This document shows, one piece after another, positions 42,258 to 51,161 of a DNA stretch of 63,180 bases. A model generated the notes under the pieces. The model was given only the letters and a program-made list of their open reading frames with translations, was not told the DNA's origin and did not search any database. A program made the translations under genes and the position numbers. The stretch spans positions 1-63,180 of the forward strand of contig JAISJJ010000126.1 in the NCBI GenBank assembly GCA_031261585.1, given 5' to 3'. How positions within the stretch are numbered: the first letter of the stretch is position 1; the number at the start of each line of letters is the position of its first letter. The DNA comes from Oscillospiraceae bacterium (lineage in GTDB: Bacteria; Bacillota; Clostridia; Oscillospirales; Oscillospiraceae).

Positions 42258-42286
42258 ATTGTAGCACACACGTCCGAAAAACGCAA
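42258..42286 (-). promoter_or_regulatory. sigma-A promoter (extended -10) for asp23-yloV
   Basis: Minus strand TTGCGT (42286-42281), 17 nt ending in TGC, TACAAT (42263-42258). Confidence 0.5.
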
Positions 42287-42318
42287 GAGAAATTCCGCGA
42301 CAGGACAAAATTTGCGTG

Positions 42319-42349
42319 AAAAAAGCAGGGGCGGGTAAATGACCCGCCC
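42319..42349 (-). terminator. rho-independent terminator after the GrpB-TadA gene
   Basis: GGGCGGGT aaatg ACCCGCCC, with the T-run on the minus strand (A-run at 42319-42324). Confidence 0.65.
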
Positions 42350-42405
42350 GCCGAAAACACGTGATAATTCGCAAAATTGCAGCGCGGAACGGTCAAGTAC
42401 GTCCT

Positions 42406-43380
42406 CTAAACGGGGTTTCGCATACCCCTGAAAAACTCCGACAGCACCGCACCGCACTCGTCGGCGAGTACACCGCCCGTGACCTCCGTGCCGCCGCCGA
42501 ACTCGACGAACATGTTGAGGTTGCCCGACACCGCGCCGCCGTTCTCGTCCCGCGCACCGTAGAACACGCGCGACACGCGCGCCGCGATTATCGCACCCGC
42601 GCACATCGGACACGGTTCGAGCGTCACGTACAGCGAGCAGTCCGTGAGCCGCCAGTCGCCGACAGCGTTCGCCGCGTTGCGCATAGCCTCGATCTCCGCG
42701 TGAGACGCGATATCGCGCAGTCCCTCACGGCGGTTGTGTCCGTGACCGAGGATTTTCCCGTCAGGCGACACGACGACGGCACCGACGGGTGTCTCGCCGT
42801 AATCCGCAGTCCGCCGCGCAAACGCGAGCGCGATACTCATAAAATGCTCGTTGCCGTCGTAAGATTTCGGCGCGAAACAGGGGACACCGACTTTTCGGTA
42901 AATCCCGAGGATAAACGCCTGCTTGTGCGCGATATACGCGTCGATATCGTGCGGGTACAGCCGCGCACCCTCGGTTTTTACGCGCGCGTACTCGTCGCGG
43001 TCGTCGTCGTGCGCGCGCAGCCAATCGCGCAACGCGAGATGACGCGCGAGTTCCGACGAATCGGACGCGCAGACGTAGAGGTTGTGCCGCATCAGGTGCC
43101 GCTTGCCGTCGTAGTGAAACGCTTCGCGCCCGCGGATACCGTAATCGCCCCTGTGCGTGTATCCGATGCCTTCGAGTTTCTCGCGCGTCGCCCGAAATTC
43201 GCCCGCCGCGATCACAACATCGATGTCGATCGTCGGTTTCGCCGCGAGATCGGGTACCGACGTGCTGCCGACATGCTCGATTCGCGCGTCGTCGCCGAGT
43301 GCCGCCGCGAGTTCCGCGCGGATTTTCTCAAATTCGAGCCGCCACAGAGGGTCATACGGCGCGACGGTGATTGTTATCAC
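42406..43380 (-). CDS. tadA: fusion: GrpB (UPF0157 nucleotidyltransferase-fold) domain + tRNA-specific adenosine deaminase TadA
   Basis: N-terminal half PYDPLWRLEFEKIRAELAAALGDDARIEHVGSTSVPDLAAKPTIDIDVV..HLALRDWLRAHDDDRDEYARVK (GrpB). C-terminal half PVGAVVV..HAEIEAM..LYVTLEPCPMCAGAI (CDA zinc site). Confidence 0.85.
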   Translation of the reverse strand: MITITVAPYDPLWRLEFEKIRAELAAALGDDARIEHVGSTSVPDLAAKPTIDIDVVIAAGEFRATREKLEGIGYTHRGDYGIRGREAFHYDGKRHLMRHNLYVCASDSSELARHLALRDWLRAHDDDRDEYARVKTEGARLYPHDIDAYIAHKQAFILGIYRKVGVPCFAPKSYDGNEHFMSIALAFARRTADYGETPVGAVVVSPDGKILGHGHNRREGLRDIASHAEIEAMRNAANAVGDWRLTDCSLYVTLEPCPMCAGAIIAARVSRVFYGARDENGGAVSGNLNMFVEFGGGTEVTGGVLADECGAVLSEFFRGMRNPV

Positions 43381-44231
43381 TGCAAACCGTGATACTCGGG
43401 GACGCTATCCGTGCGGAACCGCTCGATCATCTCGGCGGTCAGCGCGACGCCGTTGTCACGCTGCTCAATCTCGTCCGCTGTCAGCCACAACGCTTCGGAC
43501 AGTTCGATCTCGTCGACGGTTATTGTGTCGTCGCCGTCCACCTCGCAGAAAAACCCGTTCAGCAGCGAGCTGGAAAAGCCCCACGGCTGGGATTTGTAGT
43601 AGCGCAGATTTTTCACGCGCAGACCAGCTTCCTCCATGACCTCGCGGCGCACAGCGTCCTCAAGCGTCTCGCCCGTCTCGACGAAACCCGCGATCAGCGC
43701 GTACGCGCCGGGTCCGCGGTTCTTGTACCGCGTGAGCAGCAGTTTGTCGCCGTTCGTCACCGCGACGATCACGACGGGCGCGATCTGCGGGTACAGCACG
43801 AGACCGCACTCGGGGCAGATAATCGCGCGCTCCGTCTGTGAGTGCTCGGTGTGCGCGCCGCAACGTCCGCAGAATTTCCGCGCGTCGTACCACAGGTACA
43901 GCGAGTGCGCCGTGATACCGACGAACGCGTCCGCGCGGTCGGGCATCATGTGGAAGATGAACGTCGGGCGTTCTATGTAGCCCTCGGGCAGTTCTTCGGG
44001 CGAGAGTTTCGCCGTCGGCAGAAAATAGCGGTTGTGGTCGACGGAGAACAGGTACCGCAACGGTGTCTGAGGGTTGCGCAACTCCTCGTAGCGTATGTAG
44101 CGCGGGGTGTTGCCCGATTCGAGCGCGGTGATGTTCTGCCCGTCGAACGGCAGCACAAAGTCGCCGTCATGCGGCGACGCGATGGTGTCATACTCCACGT
44201 GATATACACGGGGCAAGATGTCCTGAATCAT
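43377..44231 (-). CDS. nudC: NAD(H) pyrophosphatase / NAD-cap decapping Nudix hydrolase
   Basis: Zn ribbon FCGRCGAHT..ICPECG. Nudix box GFVETGETLEDAVRREVMEEAGL. SQPWGFSSSLL. 4-nt overlap with the downstream tadA fusion. Confidence 0.9.
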   Translation of the reverse strand: MIQDILPRVYHVEYDTIASPHDGDFVLPFDGQNITALESGNTPRYIRYEELRNPQTPLRYLFSVDHNRYFLPTAKLSPEELPEGYIERPTFIFHMMPDRADAFVGITAHSLYLWYDARKFCGRCGAHTEHSQTERAIICPECGLVLYPQIAPVVIVAVTNGDKLLLTRYKNRGPGAYALIAGFVETGETLEDAVRREVMEEAGLRVKNLRYYKSQPWGFSSSLLNGFFCEVDGDDTITVDEIELSEALWLTADEIEQRDNGVALTAEMIERFRTDSVPEYHGLQ

Positions 44232-44280
44232 TTTCCCGATTTCCCTTACAATTTATTTGCACAGGGCGGTAAACCCACCC

Positions 44281-44402
44281 CGTCGCTTTTGTTGCGGCGA
44301 CGCGTGACATACGACAATTGCACATCTTTGCGCGGCGGGTCGGTCAAGACCGACCCCTACGATTACGCCGCAACCCGCGTCCCCAATTGTTAACTGTTAA
44401 TT
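44281..44402. repeat. repeat-family hairpins + TTAACAR heptamers
   Basis: CGTCGC..GCGACG hairpin; GGGTCGGTCAAGACCGACCCCTAC (44338-44360); ccgcaacccgcgtcccc; aattgttaactgttaattg (44385-44402), which contains the ireB stop. Confidence 0.8.
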
Positions 44403-44645
44403 GTCTTTCCCCAGATACGACTTGACCATCTCGCACAGGAGTTCGTCGCGGTCGAGCTTGCATATAAGGTTGCGCGCGTTGCGGTGGTTCGTGATGTACG
44501 TCGGGTCCTCGGTGATGATATAGCCGACGATCTGGTTGATGGGGTTGTACCCCTTTTCGAGCGACGCTTCGTACACCGTCGTGAGGATCGCCTGCGCGTC
44601 GGTACCTGACGACAGCGGCGAAAACTTCTTGGTTCCTGAATCCAT
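44397..44645 (-). CDS. IreB-family regulatory phosphoprotein (UPF0297/YrzL)
   Basis: Track ORF extends to 44687; ATG 44645. [59 protein letters not shown]. Confidence 0.8.
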   Translation of the reverse strand: MDSGTKKFSPLSSGTDAQAILTTVYEASLEKGYNPINQIVGYIITEDPTYITNHRNARNLICKLDRDELLCEMVKSYLGKDN

Positions 44646-44731
44646 GTGCGCACCTCCAAAAGTAATTTGTTGCCCATATCTTACCACATTTGGCGCGGAA
44701 TAGTGTTACAATTGCGTTACAATTTTGCGGA

Positions 44732-45118
44732 CTATCCCCTGAATTGAAACGGCTTCGGCAACAGTTGATTGAGATGATAGCTCACCCACGCGCCGCTGTT
44801 GCGCGCGGCAAGCACCTCAATATCGGGCGCAAACTCCTGCAACAACTGGCGACACGAGCCGCACGGGTAGCAGTACTGCTCGCTGTCCGAGACGATAGCG
44901 ATCCTGCGGAACGAGCGGTGTCCCTCCGCGACCGCAGAGGACAGCGCGACCGCCTCCGCGCATAACGTCGCGCCGAATGACGCGTTCTCGATGTTGCAGC
45001 CCGTAAACACGAGCCCGCCGTCGCACTCGATAGCCGCACCCACCGCGAAATGCGAATAAGGGCTGTACGAGTGTTGTTTTGCGCCGCGCGCAAGGTCAAT
45101 GAGTTCTTTGTCTGTCAT
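44732..45118 (-). CDS. cdd: cytidine deaminase
   Basis: ATG 45118. YSPYSHFAVGAA, CAEAVAL and PCGSCRQLLQEF zinc-ligand motifs. Confidence 0.9.
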   Translation of the reverse strand: MTDKELIDLARGAKQHSYSPYSHFAVGAAIECDGGLVFTGCNIENASFGATLCAEAVALSSAVAEGHRSFRRIAIVSDSEQYCYPCGSCRQLLQEFAPDIEVLAARNSGAWVSYHLNQLLPKPFQFRG

Positions 45119-45180
45119 AAATCCCACCCCCATGATGTTTTTGACTGTTTTATTACGGATATGGCTCGCGACTTGCCAAT

Positions 45181-45832
45181 ACCTGTCATTCAGAGCACCC
45201 CCCCTGTCATTCTGAGCACCCCCCTGTCATTCTGAGCGAAGCGAAGAATCCCCTTGATTTTCGATTAATCTCGCGACGTGCGTCGCAGACGATGCTCTGC
45301 GTTTCGATAGCTTGTCCGCGCTCGCCGCGCGGCGTTACTTTCCGTCGGGGGAAAGTAACCAAAGCCCGTTGGAGGGAACGCACCGCGCCGTTATCGCTTC
45401 CGTGAGACGCGAGAACGGCAGCGGCGGCGATGGTGGGCAAAAATCGCGAGTTCCTTTAACCGAGGACGACAGTATTGCGGAGTTCGCATCTCATCACTCC
45501 AAAACCAATAGTTTCTGCTTCGCTAAGGCGAGAAAACTGCGTCACGTCACGCTAAAAGACACTGCGGTTCGTTTTGCTGCCGCCCTGCGGTGCGTTTCAG
45601 GGGCTTGGTTCTCTCGCGCGTGTATCGGTTTGTGTAGGGGCGACCCTATGTGGTCGCCCTGTTGGGCTATGCGAAATCCTTACGGGCGACCAATGGTCGC
45701 CCCTACGGCGCGTTATCCGACGCAATCCGCAACCCCCGTCCAACCCTTGCCCCCTTTCGAAAAGGGGTGCCGACCGCAGTCGGCGGTGTTTGTTTCCCTC
45801 GTCCCCAACTGTTCATTAGTTAATTGTTAACT
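45181..45832. repeat. ~650-bp mosaic repeat block (left member of an inverted pair with 56041-56665)
   Basis: Three tandem cctgtcattcNgagcacccc units (45181-45240). Module X (45222-45367) and module Y (45541-45708) are reverse-complement matches of 56473-56615 and 56161-56328. Also CCCCCTTTCGAAAAGGGG, GCCGACCGCAGTCGGCGG and a heptamer tail. Confidence 0.85.
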
Positions 45833-48800
45833 GAAGTAGTACACGCCGCTTTCGAACACGGGCATGTGGCGTTCGCCCTCGATGTTGCGCCCTACGAGGT
45901 CTCCGCGCCGCTCGATGTGTCCCATCTTGCCGAACACGCGCCCGTCAGGGGAGTACAGCCCCTCGACCGCCGCCATCGAACCGTTGGGGTTCACCGATAT
46001 GTCCATCGACACGGTGCCGCCGATATCGCAGTACTGCGTCGCGATACCGCCGCCCGAGATGATCATTTTCAGCGCGTCGTCGGGTGCGACGAAACGCCCC
46101 TCGCCGTGCGACAGCGGCACCGCGAACACGTCGCCCACGTTCGCGCGGCTCATCCACGGCGACGCGACGGACGCGACGCGCGTGTACGCGTACCGCGCCA
46201 TGTGCCGCCCGATGATGTTGTGCGTGAGCGTCGGCGCGTTCTCGTCGGGTTCCGCGATCCAGCCGTAGGGGACGAGACCGAGCTTGATGAGAGCCTGAAA
46301 ACCGTTGCAAATACCGAGCATCAGCCCGTCGCCGACATTCAGCAGACCGTTCACCGCATCCGACACCTCGCGCGCGCGGAAGAACGCCGTGATGAACTTC
46401 GCGGAGCCGTCGGGTTCGTCGCCGCCCGAGAACCCGCCCGGCAGAACGACGATCTGGCTGTTGCGTATCGCGTCGGCGGCACGTGTTATCGAGTCGCGCA
46501 GCGCGTCGGGCGTGAGGTTGCGCACCACGAGGACGTCGGCGTTCGCACCCGCGCGTGTGAGCGCGGCGGCGGTGTCGATCTCGCTGTTCGTGCCGAGGAA
46601 ACTCAGCACCGTGGCGCGCGGTGCCGCGAATTTGTGACCCGCGACGATGGTGTGCCGCTTGTTCGCGGCAATGCTCGGCGCGTCGCCCGTGTGCTCGGCG
46701 CGCGTCGGGAACACGGATTCGAGCGTCGATTCGCTCAAAGTGAGAAGCTCGGCAATCGCGACGCTCTCGCCACCGATGCGTATCACGGGTTCCGCGATTG
46801 TGCGTCCGACGATGTGCGCGCCGCCAACGGGCGACGCGAGTTCCGCGAGTATGCCGCCCGCGAATGAGTGCGGAGCAATCGCGAGCGTGTCCGCGTCAAT
46901 CTCCGCGCCGATATTGTTACCGAACGACATCTTCGTGACCGCTTCCGCGACACCGCCCGCGTCAATCGCCCACGCGGCGACGATCGCGCCCGACTTGACG
47001 AGCGCGTGTATCTCGCGCCACTGCTGCTTCGTCTCGGGCAACGTACCGCGCGGCGTGAACAGCGCGAGAGTGTGGTCGGGAGCCTTAAATTCGGGCGAGA
47101 TTATCGTGCGCGCATCGGCGGGTGCGACGGCGAACGAGACGAGCGTAGGCGGCACGTCGAGTTCAAGGAAACTACCCGACATGCTGTCCTTACCGCCGAT
47201 TGCGGCGGTTTCCAACCCGATTTGCGCTTCGAGCGCGCCGAGCAGAGCCGACAGCGGCTTGCCCCAGCGCGTCGGATCGTCGCGCAATTTCTCGAAATAC
47301 TCCTGAAACGTGAGATACACCGCGTCGGGGTCAACGCCCGCCGCGACGAGCTTCGCGATGCTCGTAATCACGGCGAATTTCGCGCCCGCATACGTGTCGC
47401 GGTCGGATAAAAACGGGTCGAAACCGAACGCCATGACGCTCGCCGTCGTCGTTTTTCCGTTCGGCACGGGCAGGAGCGACGCCATGACCTGCGTCGGCGT
47501 ACGCTGCGTGCGCCCGCCGTACGGCGCGAGTACCGCCGACGCGCCGACGGAACTGTCGAACAGCTCAGCCATGCCGCGCTGCGACGCAAACTGTAAATCT
47601 GACGCGGTATTGCGCAGACGCTCAATCGGATTTATCGGCAGTTTCGCTATCAGCGGTTCGGGCGATTCGTAAATCTCGGCGTGCGCGTGTTTCACCGCGC
47701 CGTTCGAGTTCAGAAACGCGCGCGACAGGTTCGCGACCGTCGCGCCGCCGTATTTCAGCACCATGCGCGGTTCGGCGGTGACGCGCGCGACGACGTACGC
47801 TTCGAGGTTCTCACCAGCCGCTTTTTCGATGAACGCGTCAGCGTCCGACGCGGCGACGACTACCGCCATGCGCTCCTGCGACTCACTTATCGCAAGCTCC
47901 GTCGCGCCGAGACCGTCGTATTTTTTGCGCACCTTAGACAGGTCGATTTCCAAGCCGTCGGCGAGTTCGCCGATCGCGACGGACACGCCGCCCGCGCCGA
48001 AATCGTTGCAGCGTTTGATCATCCGCGTGACCTGAGCGTCGCGGAACAGACGCTGAATCTTGCGCTCCTCGGGTGCGTTGCCCTTCTGCACCTCGCTCGC
48101 CATCGTGACGACGCTCTCGCGCGTGTGCGACTTGGACGAACCCGTCGCGCCGCCGATACCGTCACGCCCCGTGCGCCCGCCGAGCAGGATTACGACGTCG
48201 CCGGGCGTCGGCGTCTCGCGGCGCACGTTCGCAAGCGGCACCGCGCCGACTACCGCGCCGATCTCCATACGTTTCGCGGCGTATTTCGGGTGGTAGAACT
48301 CATGCACGAGACCCGTCGCAAGCCCTATCTGGTTGCCGTAGCTCGAATAACCGTGCGCCGCCGACGTGGTGATGCGGCGTTGCGGTAGTTTGCCCGTGAG
48401 CGTGTCGCCGACTGCGGCGCGCGGGTCGGCGGAACCCGTGACGCGCATCGCTTGATACACGTATGCGCGCCCCGACAGCGGATCGCGTATCGCGCCGCCG
48501 ATGCACGTCGCCGCACCGCCGAACGGCTCGATCTCCGTCGGGTGGTTGTGTGTCTCGTTTTTGAACATTAAAAGCCATTTTTCGGTTGCGCCGTCGTTGT
48601 CCACATCCACGACGATTGAACACGCGTTGATCTCGTCCGACACGTCGAGATTTGCGAGCAACCCGCGTTTTTTCAACGCTTTTGCCGCGATTGTCGCAAC
48701 GTCCATGAGCGTGACGGGGCGCGTGTCAGCGGCATCGCCGTACACCTCACGGCGCAGGTCGAGATACAGCGAATAGCCCGACTGCGCGGCACCGTGAACG

Positions 48801-49525
48801 CCGATATCGTCGAGCGAGGTGAGAAACGTCGTGTGACGGCAGTGGTCAGACCAGTATGTATCGACGAGCCGCAACTCCGTCTCCGTCGGGTCGCGGTGTT
48901 CCTCGTCGCGGAAGTACTGTTGCAGACACCTCAGATCGTCTATGTCCATCGCGAGTGCGTACTCGCGCAGATAGTCGGTGAGCGCGTCGCCCGAAGCTGT
49001 GCGGAAATCGTGCAAAATCGGAGTCTCGGGCGGTTCGGGGTACGATTCGCGCAACGTCTCGGGCTTATCGTGCGACGCTTCGCGGGACTCGACGGGGTTG
49101 ATCAGCAACCGCCGCAACGCGTCGCGGTCGGATTCAGTCAATTCACCGTAAAACGCGTACACAACCGCGCAACGCACGGTCGGGCGGGTACCGCGCGTTA
49201 TCATCTCGGCGCATTGCGCGCACGAGTCGGCGCGCTGGTCGTACTGCCCGGGCAGCGACTCAACGGCGAGGACGAACGGCGCGTCGAGTTCGGGCAAAAT
49301 CTCGGGATACAGCAGATCGATGGCGGGTTCCGACAGCACTTTCGACGCGATGCCGCCGATTGAATCGTCGTCCGCGCCCTCAATGTCGTATCGGTTGAAC
49401 ACGCGCACCGCGCTGAGCGTCGCGATGCCGAGAAAATCGCGCGATTCGGCGAGCAATGAGCGCGCTTCAACGTCAAATTGCTCGCGCTTCTCCGTGAAAT
49501 ATCGGTAAACCATAACTTGTCGCAC
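45827..49525 (-). CDS. purL: phosphoribosylformylglycinamidine synthase, single-chain (PurS-PurL-PurQ fused)
   Basis: 1232 aa. ETHNHPTEIEPFGGAATCIGG, GGRTGRDGIGGATGSS, and a C-terminal glutaminase domain ICNGFQALIKLG..SHGEGRF. GTG 49525 or ATG 49513 as start. Confidence 0.95.
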   Translation of the reverse strand: MRQVMVYRYFTEKREQFDVEARSLLAESRDFLGIATLSAVRVFNRYDIEGADDDSIGGIASKVLSEPAIDLLYPEILPELDAPFVLAVESLPGQYDQRADSCAQCAEMITRGTRPTVRCAVVYAFYGELTESDRDALRRLLINPVESREASHDKPETLRESYPEPPETPILHDFRTASGDALTDYLREYALAMDIDDLRCLQQYFRDEEHRDPTETELRLVDTYWSDHCRHTTFLTSLDDIGVHGAAQSGYSLYLDLRREVYGDAADTRPVTLMDVATIAAKALKKRGLLANLDVSDEINACSIVVDVDNDGATEKWLLMFKNETHNHPTEIEPFGGAATCIGGAIRDPLSGRAYVYQAMRVTGSADPRAAVGDTLTGKLPQRRITTSAAHGYSSYGNQIGLATGLVHEFYHPKYAAKRMEIGAVVGAVPLANVRRETPTPGDVVILLGGRTGRDGIGGATGSSKSHTRESVVTMASEVQKGNAPEERKIQRLFRDAQVTRMIKRCNDFGAGGVSVAIGELADGLEIDLSKVRKKYDGLGATELAISESQERMAVVVAASDADAFIEKAAGENLEAYVVARVTAEPRMVLKYGGATVANLSRAFLNSNGAVKHAHAEIYESPEPLIAKLPINPIERLRNTASDLQFASQRGMAELFDSSVGASAVLAPYGGRTQRTPTQVMASLLPVPNGKTTTASVMAFGFDPFLSDRDTYAGAKFAVITSIAKLVAAGVDPDAVYLTFQEYFEKLRDDPTRWGKPLSALLGALEAQIGLETAAIGGKDSMSGSFLELDVPPTLVSFAVAPADARTIISPEFKAPDHTLALFTPRGTLPETKQQWREIHALVKSGAIVAAWAIDAGGVAEAVTKMSFGNNIGAEIDADTLAIAPHSFAGGILAELASPVGGAHIVGRTIAEPVIRIGGESVAIAELLTLSESTLESVFPTRAEHTGDAPSIAANKRHTIVAGHKFAAPRATVLSFLGTNSEIDTAAALTRAGANADVLVVRNLTPDALRDSITRAADAIRNSQIVVLPGGFSGGDEPDGSAKFITAFFRAREVSDAVNGLLNVGDGLMLGICNGFQALIKLGLVPYGWIAEPDENAPTLTHNIIGRHMARYAYTRVASVASPWMSRANVGDVFAVPLSHGEGRFVAPDDALKMIISGGGIATQYCDIGGTVSMDISVNPNGSMAAVEGLYSPDGRVFGKMGHIERRGDLVGRNIEGERHMPVFESGVYYFS

Positions 49526-49532
49526 CCTCTGA

Positions 49533-51161
49533 TTAATTATATTTCTGCAAAAACGTCCACTCCGTGATGCGGCGGAACACGCCGCTCGGTGAGAGCGGGA
49601 GTTCGCGTATCGCGCCGCGCGCCGAGTAGACCGCGTGTTGCATGAACGCTATCGGTATGATGGGACATTCGCTGTATATCTTGCGGCAGAGTGCCTGCGC
49701 CGCGCCCGCGCGTGTCGCGTCGTCGGGGGACGCGAGGAAATTGTCGATAAGCTCCGCGTAATCCGAGCCGCCCATATTCCCGAAGTTCAGCGCGCCGCCG
49801 TTGGTGAGCAGTTCCGTGAGGTCGAAATTCGCGGGCAGACGCGTCTCGCCGTAGTACAGGTCGAACGAGCCGTTGGCAAGCCGCGTCGCGAACACGGAAT
49901 ACGACACCTCGGTCACGGCGACATTCACGCCGACGCGCTGCAACGCGTCCGCGACGGATCGGGCGGCGGCGACGCGGGCGGGGTTCTCCTGCGCGACGAG
50001 CAGGGTCAGTTTGACAGGCTCGTAGCCGTCAAAAGTCGGGTAGTCGAGCCACAGATCGTTGTCGGTGTCGTACATGCCCGCGTCGTGCAGCAGGTTGGAC
50101 ATCTCGACGGCGGGTATGTGCGTCTCGCTCGGCACCCACGACGCGTTGTACAGCGGGTGCGCGGGGGAAAACGCCAGAGGAGCCGCGATTGCGCGCCCGT
50201 CGAGCGTGTTTGACACGATGGTCTCGCGGTCGACGGCGAGAGCGATGGCGCGGCGCACGCGGGAATCGGCTACGGCGGCGGTGCGCGGATTGAAACCGAT
50301 GTACTGGAACGCCGTCGTGTCGTAGTAACGCGACTCGTGGTCGCGGCGAATCTGCGGCGTGAGCGACCCGTTGGGGTCGACGGCGATGAGGTCGATTGTC
50401 AGCGCGGTGAAGTACTCGCCGATACTGCTGTCGGGACATTCGACGAGGTGGATCGTCTTGACCGACAGCTTGTCATAGTCGCGGTAACTCTCGAACGCGA
50501 CGAGCATCGCGTCGCCGTCCGCCGACACGTAGCGGTACGGACCCGAACCGATCGGTATCGCGCCCATGAAGCCGTACTTCACGATGCCGAAATCGAGCAG
50601 CGTCGGCAGCGCGTAGTCGGTTTTTTTGAGTTTTATCGTCAACTCGCTGAACCCCGTCGCCTCACAGCTCGCGATATTGCGGAGCCGAGACTTGTACCGC
50701 GCGGAATCCCGCGCCTGATTCACCGAGTACGCGGCGTCGTACGCGTCGAGTATCGTGCCGTCGGTCATCGCGATGTCGCCGCGCAGTTTGAACACGTAGG
50801 TCATGCCGTCCTCCGTCGAGTACTCCGCGCACAGCAGCGGAACGGCGGCGAATTTCTCATCGAGCGTGAACAGCCCCTCGTAGCACAACTGCGCGAGTTG
50901 GGTGTTGTTCGCGTCCGTCGAGGTGATCGGGTTTAAGGACGCTGACGGCGTGTACCGCAACGAGAATCGGTCGTCTCCGAGGTCGGGTGCCGCGCTCGGC
51001 AGCGGTTGAACGGGGGAGGTCGTCGGCTCGGACGGCGGTGTCGACGGGTCGGGAGACACCTCCTCAATGCGGAATATGCCGCAGGAGGTCAGCGTCACGG
51101 CGCACAGCAACGCGGCGATTGCGGTGACGAATGTGCGCCGCGGCACGAGTGTCTTACGCAT
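49533..51161 (-). CDS. ABC substrate-binding lipoprotein, family 5 (peptide/nickel type), orphan
   Basis: Lipobox LTSCG. ~540-aa SBP_bac_5-like body. The start overlaps the secA stop by 8 nt. No cognate permease or ATPase in the window. Confidence 0.85.
   Translation of the reverse strand: MRKTLVPRRTFVTAIAALLCAVTLTSCGIFRIEEVSPDPSTPPSEPTTSPVQPLPSAAPDLGDDRFSLRYTPSASLNPITSTDANNTQLAQLCYEGLFTLDEKFAAVPLLCAEYSTEDGMTYVFKLRGDIAMTDGTILDAYDAAYSVNQARDSARYKSRLRNIASCEATGFSELTIKLKKTDYALPTLLDFGIVKYGFMGAIPIGSGPYRYVSADGDAMLVAFESYRDYDKLSVKTIHLVECPDSSIGEYFTALTIDLIAVDPNGSLTPQIRRDHESRYYDTTAFQYIGFNPRTAAVADSRVRRAIALAVDRETIVSNTLDGRAIAAPLAFSPAHPLYNASWVPSETHIPAVEMSNLLHDAGMYDTDNDLWLDYPTFDGYEPVKLTLLVAQENPARVAAARSVADALQRVGVNVAVTEVSYSVFATRLANGSFDLYYGETRLPANFDLTELLTNGGALNFGNMGGSDYAELIDNFLASPDDATRAGAAQALCRKIYSECPIIPIAFMQHAVYSARGAIRELPLSPSGVFRRITEWTFLQKYN

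Noticed and set aside
45312-45830. 172-aa ORF, and relatives at 55960-56334(-), 39876-40259(+), 18331-18759(+), 12281-12526(+) and 28759-29070(-), sharing peptides such as CRGDPxWSPC, GRPMVAPTA, LDCFARLAMTS and WIASCARNDE.
   Set aside because: The shared peptides arise only because the ORFs read through the palindromic repeat modules. The same DNA is also read in other frames and orientations, there is no RBS, and the similarity tracks DNA repeats rather than protein conservation.
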